From: Neoechinorhynchus agilis
Taxonomy: Eukaryota > Animalia > Acanthocephala
Direction of reading: 5' to 3'
Assembly: GCA_051530055.1 (NCBI GenBank)
Contig: CM121343.1
Span: forward strand, 4,124,389 to 4,188,388
DNA length: 64,000 nt
Shown here piece by piece: positions 58,391 through 64,000 of this stretch. The notes under the pieces were generated by a model that was not told the DNA's origin, searched no databases, and was given only the letters and a program-made list of their open reading frames with translations. Numbering within the stretch: position 1 is the stretch's first letter; each line of letters starts with the position of its first letter. Position numbers and translations under genes: made by a program.

Positions 58391-60513
58391 TTCGCTCTTT
58401 TGAACGTCATTTAAAGCGGTAAAAATAAATGGTGGCATTTTCATTGCAAAGACTAGAAAGCCGCGAACATTATCAAAAACGAATGATATTGATAAGCTCG
58501 TTGATGGAAATTGATCTTACAAAATCTACGAAGAAACGCTTTTGGCTTATTTAAAGAGTCTATTCGTTATCGACGATGAATTCCTTTCTATGATTAATGT
58601 CAATAAAAGATCAGAATTTCGGATTTGAATGCTACAAAGTTTAGTCGAAATCAACGTCGATCTTTCAGAAAAAGAACAGTGTAAAGTTTTATTCAAAACC
58701 CAAAACAATGCTCCAATGGCAAATCTAAGTAATTGGTAGCCTAAAGGTTTCGAATAGTTTTGGAATTTAAGGATCATTTCAAAATTTAGGTTCCATTAAG
58801 AAATTAAAATTGTAAATTCGCTCTTTTGAGCCTCATTTAAAGCGGTAAAAATAAATGGTGGCATTTTCATTGCAAAGACTAGAAACCCGGGAACATTATC
58901 AAAAACGAATGATATTGATAAGCTCGTTGATGGAAATTGATCTTACAAAATCTACGAAGAAACGTTTTGGGTTATTTAAAGAGTCTATTCGTTATCGACG
59001 ATGAATTCCTTTCTATGATTAATGTCAATAAAAGATCAGAATTTCGGATTTGAATGCTACAAAGTTTAGTCGAAATCAACGTCGATCTTTCAGAAAAAGA
59101 ACAGTGTAAAGTTTTATTCAAAACCCAAAACAATGCTCCAATGGCAAATCTAAGTAATTGGTAGCCTAAAGGTTTCGAATAGTTTCGGAATTTAAGGATC
59201 ATTTCAAAATTTAGGTTCCATTAAGAAATTAAAATTGTAAATTCGCTCTTTTGAGCCTCATTTAAAGCGGTAAAAATAAATGGTGGCATTTTCATTGCAA
59301 AGACTAGAAACCCGGGAACATTATCAAAAACGAATGATATTGATAAGCTCGTTGATGGAAATTGATCTTACAAAATCTACGAAGAAACGTTTTTGGGTTA
59401 TTTAAAGAGTCTATTCGTTATCGACGATGAATTCCTTTCTATGATTAATGTCAATAAAAGATCAGAATTTCGGATTTGAATGCTACAAAGTTTAGTCGAA
59501 ATCAACGTCGATCTTTCAGAAAAAGAACAGTGTAAAGTTTTATTCAAAACCCAAAACAATGCTCCAATGGCAAATCTAAGTAATTGGTAGCCTAAAGGTT
59601 TCGAATAGTTTTGGAATTTAAGGATCATTTCAAAATTTAGGTTCCATTAAGAAATTAAAATTGTAAATTCGCTCTTTTGAGCGTCATTTAAAGCGGTAAA
59701 AATAAATGGTGGCATTTTCATTGCAAAGACTAGAAACCCGGGAACATTATCAAAAACGAATGATATTGATAAGCTCGTTGATGGAAATTGATCTTACAAA
59801 ATCTACGAAGAAACGTTTTTGGGTTATTTAAAGAGTCTATTCGTTATCGACGATGAATTCCTTTCTATGATTAATGTCAATAAAAGATCAGAATTTCGGA
59901 TTTGAATGCTACAAAGTTTAGTCGAAATCAACGTCGATCTTTCAGAAAAAGAACAGTGTAAAGTTTTATTCAAAACCCAAAACAATGCTCCAATGGCAAA
60001 TCTAAGTAATTGGTAGCCTAAAGGTTTCGAATAGTTTTGGAATTTAAGGATCATTTCAAAATTTAGGTTCCATTAAGAAATTAAAATTGTAAATTCGCTC
60101 TTTTGAGCCTCATTTAAAGCGGTAAAAATAAATGGTGGCATTTTCATTGCAAAGACTAGAAACCCGGGAACATTATCAAAAACGAATGATATTGATAAGC
60201 TCGTTGATGGAAATTGATCTTACAAAATCTACGAAGAAACGTTTTTGGGTTATTTAAAGAGTCTATTCGTTATCGACGATGAATTCCTTTCTATGATTAA
60301 TGTCAATAAAAGATCAGAATTTCGGATTTGAATGCTACAAAGTTTAGTCGAAATCAACGTCGATCTTTCAGAAAAAGAACAGTGTAAAGTTTTATTCAAA
60401 ACCCAAAATAATGCTCCAATGGCAAATCTAAGTAATTGGTAGCCTAAAGGTTTCGAATAGTTTCGGAATTTAAGGATCATTTCAAAATTTAGGTTCCATT
60501 GAGAAATTAAAAT
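58391..60513. repeat. Tandem array of a 426-bp unit, 5 copies
   Basis: Identical shadow ORFs end at 58547, 58972, 59398, 59824 and 60250, giving a period of 425-426 bp. Confidence 0.97.
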
Positions 60514-61297
60514 TTGGCAAACTAATGACTTGATTATTATTTTTCTTACAATCCCTATCAAATTCAGCAAATAACATTTAATACTGGTGATTTCCCGAGT
60601 ATTTTTAAATTAACTCAAATCTGCACCGAATTGAGTGTTCGAATTGCACTTGAGTTTCCCGGAAGAATAAAAAATCATTATTTTATCAACGCAGTTCATC
60701 GAAGCAAAATCAACGGGTATTATTATTCAAATTTGATGATTTCGTGTTTTTGCTCAAGAGTTTTGAATTTTATGGCATGTAAAAGGGATTATTCTTACTT
60801 TCAATAAAAGATGAAATTATTTTTTTCGACTTCATCACTTAATTCCTTACAAAATTTGGTTGCCCGTTTCCGTGATAATTAAAATGAAAAAAATTCAAAT
60901 TATCTAAAGAAAACGGTGTTTTTTTTCCCTTTTCAATTTCTCAGAAATCACGAAGTTTACATTTAAAAAGTTTTGAATTTTCAGATATTTCAATGGTTGA
61001 CCCATTGAGCAAATTGCTTCTTTCAAGTTTTAAGCCAATAAAAATTTACAAGGTCGAATTCTGACTTTTCGCTCTGAATAAATCACAAATTTTATTAAAG
61101 CTATCTGATCATTTGAAGGCAAGATTGTATGCTTGGATTCTCATCACTTTGTTTTTTAGGATTAAACTTGGTTGTTTCCACAAAAAGAGTTGATTTATTA
61201 GCGCTTTCAATTCAAATGCGATGCATAGTTCACTGTTTTTAATAAATAATCGATCTGACGACTGTTTATTAATACGGCATTTTGGCGAACGTCAGGA

Positions 61298-62512
61298 GTG
61301 GGAAATCTAAATAATTTAGAATTTTGCGAGCTCTATATAAATCGTTTAGATACTGTTGTTCTATCAATGACACTGCAATCTAAAAGCTCTGGAACAAAGT
61401 GTCAAATCGTTAAGTTTTCTCCTCAGAATGGTGAGCTTGTGGCGGTCACTTCTCAATGTGATAGCGGAGTCGTGATTTTATTTGATTTTCCTGGTTGCAA
61501 TGAGCTCGGTCGATACCAGTTTTCCGATCATAATATAGTCTCACTGGCATGGAGACCTGACGGATTGATCCTATTATCTGGTTCGGTCAATGGATCTGTG
61601 ACGTGCTTCTTTGTCCCGGAAAGGAAGATCTATATTCAATGCAGAATGACTGAGATTGCATTGGAAATATATCCGATCGGATGCACGGTTATCCGAGCTT
61701 TGTTTGCCTTCGATGAATATCCGCCCATTATCGCTAATCTCGAAACTGGATGTACAGAGTGTCTTAGAAGGGTCGATCAAAATAAATTGAAGAACTTTAA
61801 ATTTTCTAGCATTGTTGTCTATGATGGTGTTCGATTTGTTATATGCGCTGCCAATGTAAGCGACTAGCGTTTTCAGTCATCTATCTCCAGATCGAAAAAG
61901 CTAACGATCACATCCGACATTTGCGTTATACAAATCGCATCCACTTACAAGCTCGTTGGCATTTTCAAGATTCCAACCGTTGATGATGGCCGGATTAGGT
62001 CTCTAACTGTCGGTGATGCACGCAATGGAACCAGACTGCTCGCATTGAGTTGCTCCGACTTATCGATTCTGTTATATCATACAGATCGATTTGTTGATCA
62101 CGCTACTGATGAGTTGCTTGCACCTGATGAGAAGATTGACTTGGCGTGTTTAGGACCGACAGGGGCCAATATCACATCGATGTTTTTCTCCAACTACGGA
62201 GAACACTTAATCGCAATCGACCAATTATCCGGCACACTTAGAGTTTGGGCATGCTGCAGAGGCCCTAAAATTTTCGAAGACAGCGATTTCGTGACCACAA
62301 GTGAAGAACCTGGCTCACCGAAGATTGCAATCGACCAACATCCGTTCTTTCCAATTATAATTGCTGCCGATTCAAGACTTAAACCATTTCGAGTTATGAG
62401 TCTGGTCAATATCTTACCATCGACCATCAATTTTTCCGGTAAGTTTACAATTACTGATTTTACCGACGAAGATTTTACCGAAGAAAACTCAGAAATCGAC
62501 ATTGTTACTTAA
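61298..62512 (+). CDS. RBBP5: RBBP5/Swd1-like WD40 COMPASS subunit, divergent, 2 exons; start uncertain
   Basis: It is colinear with RBBP5: KFSPQNGELVAV...VILFDF, VSLAWRPDG..LLSGS, ICVIQ...LVGIFKI, FFSNYGEHLIA, HPFFPII and an acidic EENSEIDI end. The intron starts GTAAGC at about 61856. Confidence 0.75.
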
Positions 62513-63425
62513 ATAAAATCCACCGTTTCGTAAGCCTAACTTTTAATCAAGCTTTATTCGCTGCTTAGAATGACTCTCATTTGTGATTACAATGATCTCG
62601 CTGGCTTTTACTCACATTGATTAACATTTCTGTAATCTTGGTTTAACTCTCACCATCGGATCCAGGAATCTATATTTTGTTGTAATGTTATCCCAGTCCT
62701 AAAAACGGTAGTTAAGAATAATTTACTGCCTTTATTCGTTTGATAAAGTTAGTTTTTGTAAAGTCAGCAACTGTTAATTATCAACTTCTTTTATATCGAA
62801 TTTCTTCAATCTTTTACGGGTGCAAATGATCATTAAAGTCATTGCAATTTTCGTTTAAGATTCTTTTTTTTCAATTATTTATGCTCTTTGCTGCGAAACA
62901 ATTAGTATGAAGCTGAAGATTTCAAGCACTTTTGGCTTATATTAGATTATTTTTAAAGATGCACTGTTTATACAAACTGATGGATTATTTAATAAATCGA
63001 ACTTAGTACATTCAACGGTATCAGTTATTTTATGTTTCTCGTATTTAAAAAAAGACTGAGTTTTAACTTGGCAAGCTTATAATTTTTCAAAATGTCGATA
63101 TGTGTGGATGTACTTAAGGAGATCACCTCAAATTAGGAACAGAAATCTGAAATGAACGACCAACGAGATTACAAACTTTCCCTTACGAGCAATTATCCAA
63201 GCGCTTTACCCGCTTCGTTTTTAAAACTAATCAAGAACCCGATGAGATTCGAAACGTCTTTAATAAAGCGTTTTCTAAAGGGCGAAGATCAAAACAACAA
63301 ATTCACAATTTTTCTTTTCCCGTTACTCAAAAAGAACATTGATCGAAAACGAAGATATTTAGGTCGATGCTAGCATATGTCCACAATACATCAAATCATA
63401 GAATACTTGCGCAATGAAAATCATG

Positions 63426-63824
63426 TTATAAATCCGAAATTTGTTTTTGGTTATCTTCCACTCGTTCTGTTGCTTGTGGTGAAGAGTTTTCATCGTAATT
63501 GGCCGGCGATTGATTTGGTAATCCTTCATTTGTATTATACACAGCGCTCATTTCGACTTGATTGTATTTTGGCAGTTCATCGAGTCTTTGCACTGCATAA
63601 TAGGACTGGATCCCCGAAGCTGGACCTCGTTCAATCTCATTATAAGATGGAGGCGACTGTCCTGCTATCACATCCATCGGCGCTGTCATTTCGTCGCCTT
63701 GCCTCATCCTACGCAGGCGTTCTCTTCTGGATCCCCGGAATCTTCTTAAGATCATATACGATACTCCAGTAATCATTAGTATGATAAACAAGGCTATAGT
63801 TCCGACAAAAGCTATCCTACTCAA
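63426..63824 (-). CDS. Single-pass membrane protein with PY motifs, probably a last exon
   Basis: A hydrophobic stretch IAFVGTIALFIILMITGVSYMIL is followed by a basic RRFR stop-transfer segment and then PPSY and LPKY, as in NEDD4-adaptor-type proteins. Confidence 0.6.
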   Translation of the reverse strand: MSRIAFVGTIALFIILMITGVSYMILRRFRGSRRERLRRMRQGDEMTAPMDVIAGQSPPSYNEIERGPASGIQSYYAVQRLDELPKYNQVEMSAVYNTNEGLPNQSPANYDENSSPQATERVEDNQKQISDL

Positions 63825-64000
63825 CGAACTGATAACTAAAATGGAGTCCGGTGAGCCGACGAAAACAATTAGGCCTCATATGTGGTTTCGTAATCATTTT
63901 TTAAGGCCACTAAAATCTTAACGGAGGAATGTAATTCTTGTAAAAATCAAATAGCATCATAAAGAGGTATTTAGAAGATCCTTTCTGCCCAACGAGCTAC

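Noticed and set aside
2553-60513. All five tandem units contain GATC
   Set aside because: GATC and TCGA look common throughout the window, and I cannot compute the background to show enrichment.
23019-60570. Short ORFs inside the 75-, 93- and 426-bp arrays
   Set aside because: They are by-products of the repeat periodicity, are broken by homopolymer shifts, and carry no domains.
1-64000. tRNA, rRNA, snRNA or spliced-leader RNA genes
   Set aside because: I recognised no diagnostic motifs by eye; a covariance-model scan would be needed to exclude them.

Overview
This is eukaryotic, almost certainly animal, genomic DNA from a compact genome with fast-evolving proteins; I cannot name the taxon. 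Introns are very short canonical GT-AG (43-50 nt where I could resolve them). Recognisable host genes are a TENT5/FAM46 poly(A) polymerase (runs off the left edge and is missing from the ORF track), METAP1, a 5-exon Fos bZIP, a multi-PLAT gene with a decayed middle, an extremely divergent beta-tubulin, KDM1/LSD1, a MYST acetyltransferase, a makorin-like RING protein, TAF11, VPS39, a degenerate SETDB1, a TQT-motif-rich orphan, a JADE-like PZP protein, SPECC1/cytospin, RBBP5 and a PY-motif membrane protein. Between them lie four fragments of CRE-clade non-LTR retrotransposons (one carrying a PKA-RII cAMP-binding domain in frame), a Ty3/gypsy pol remnant, four unrelated ~2 kb tandem arrays (164, ~75, ~93 and 426 bp units) and an 18-bp minisatellite. 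The most unusual signal is RNA. At least five minimal Penelope-type hammerhead ribozyme motifs are present. At 8464-8529 (-) there is also a complete hammerhead whose three strands lie in a non-circularly permuted order, with an extra helix joining the linkers and a decayed second copy about 0.9 kb away. Variable homopolymer lengths in the arrays and several single-base frameshifts suggest residual assembly indels, so calls of disruption are provisional. All protein identifications come from manual motif comparison; no database search was run.
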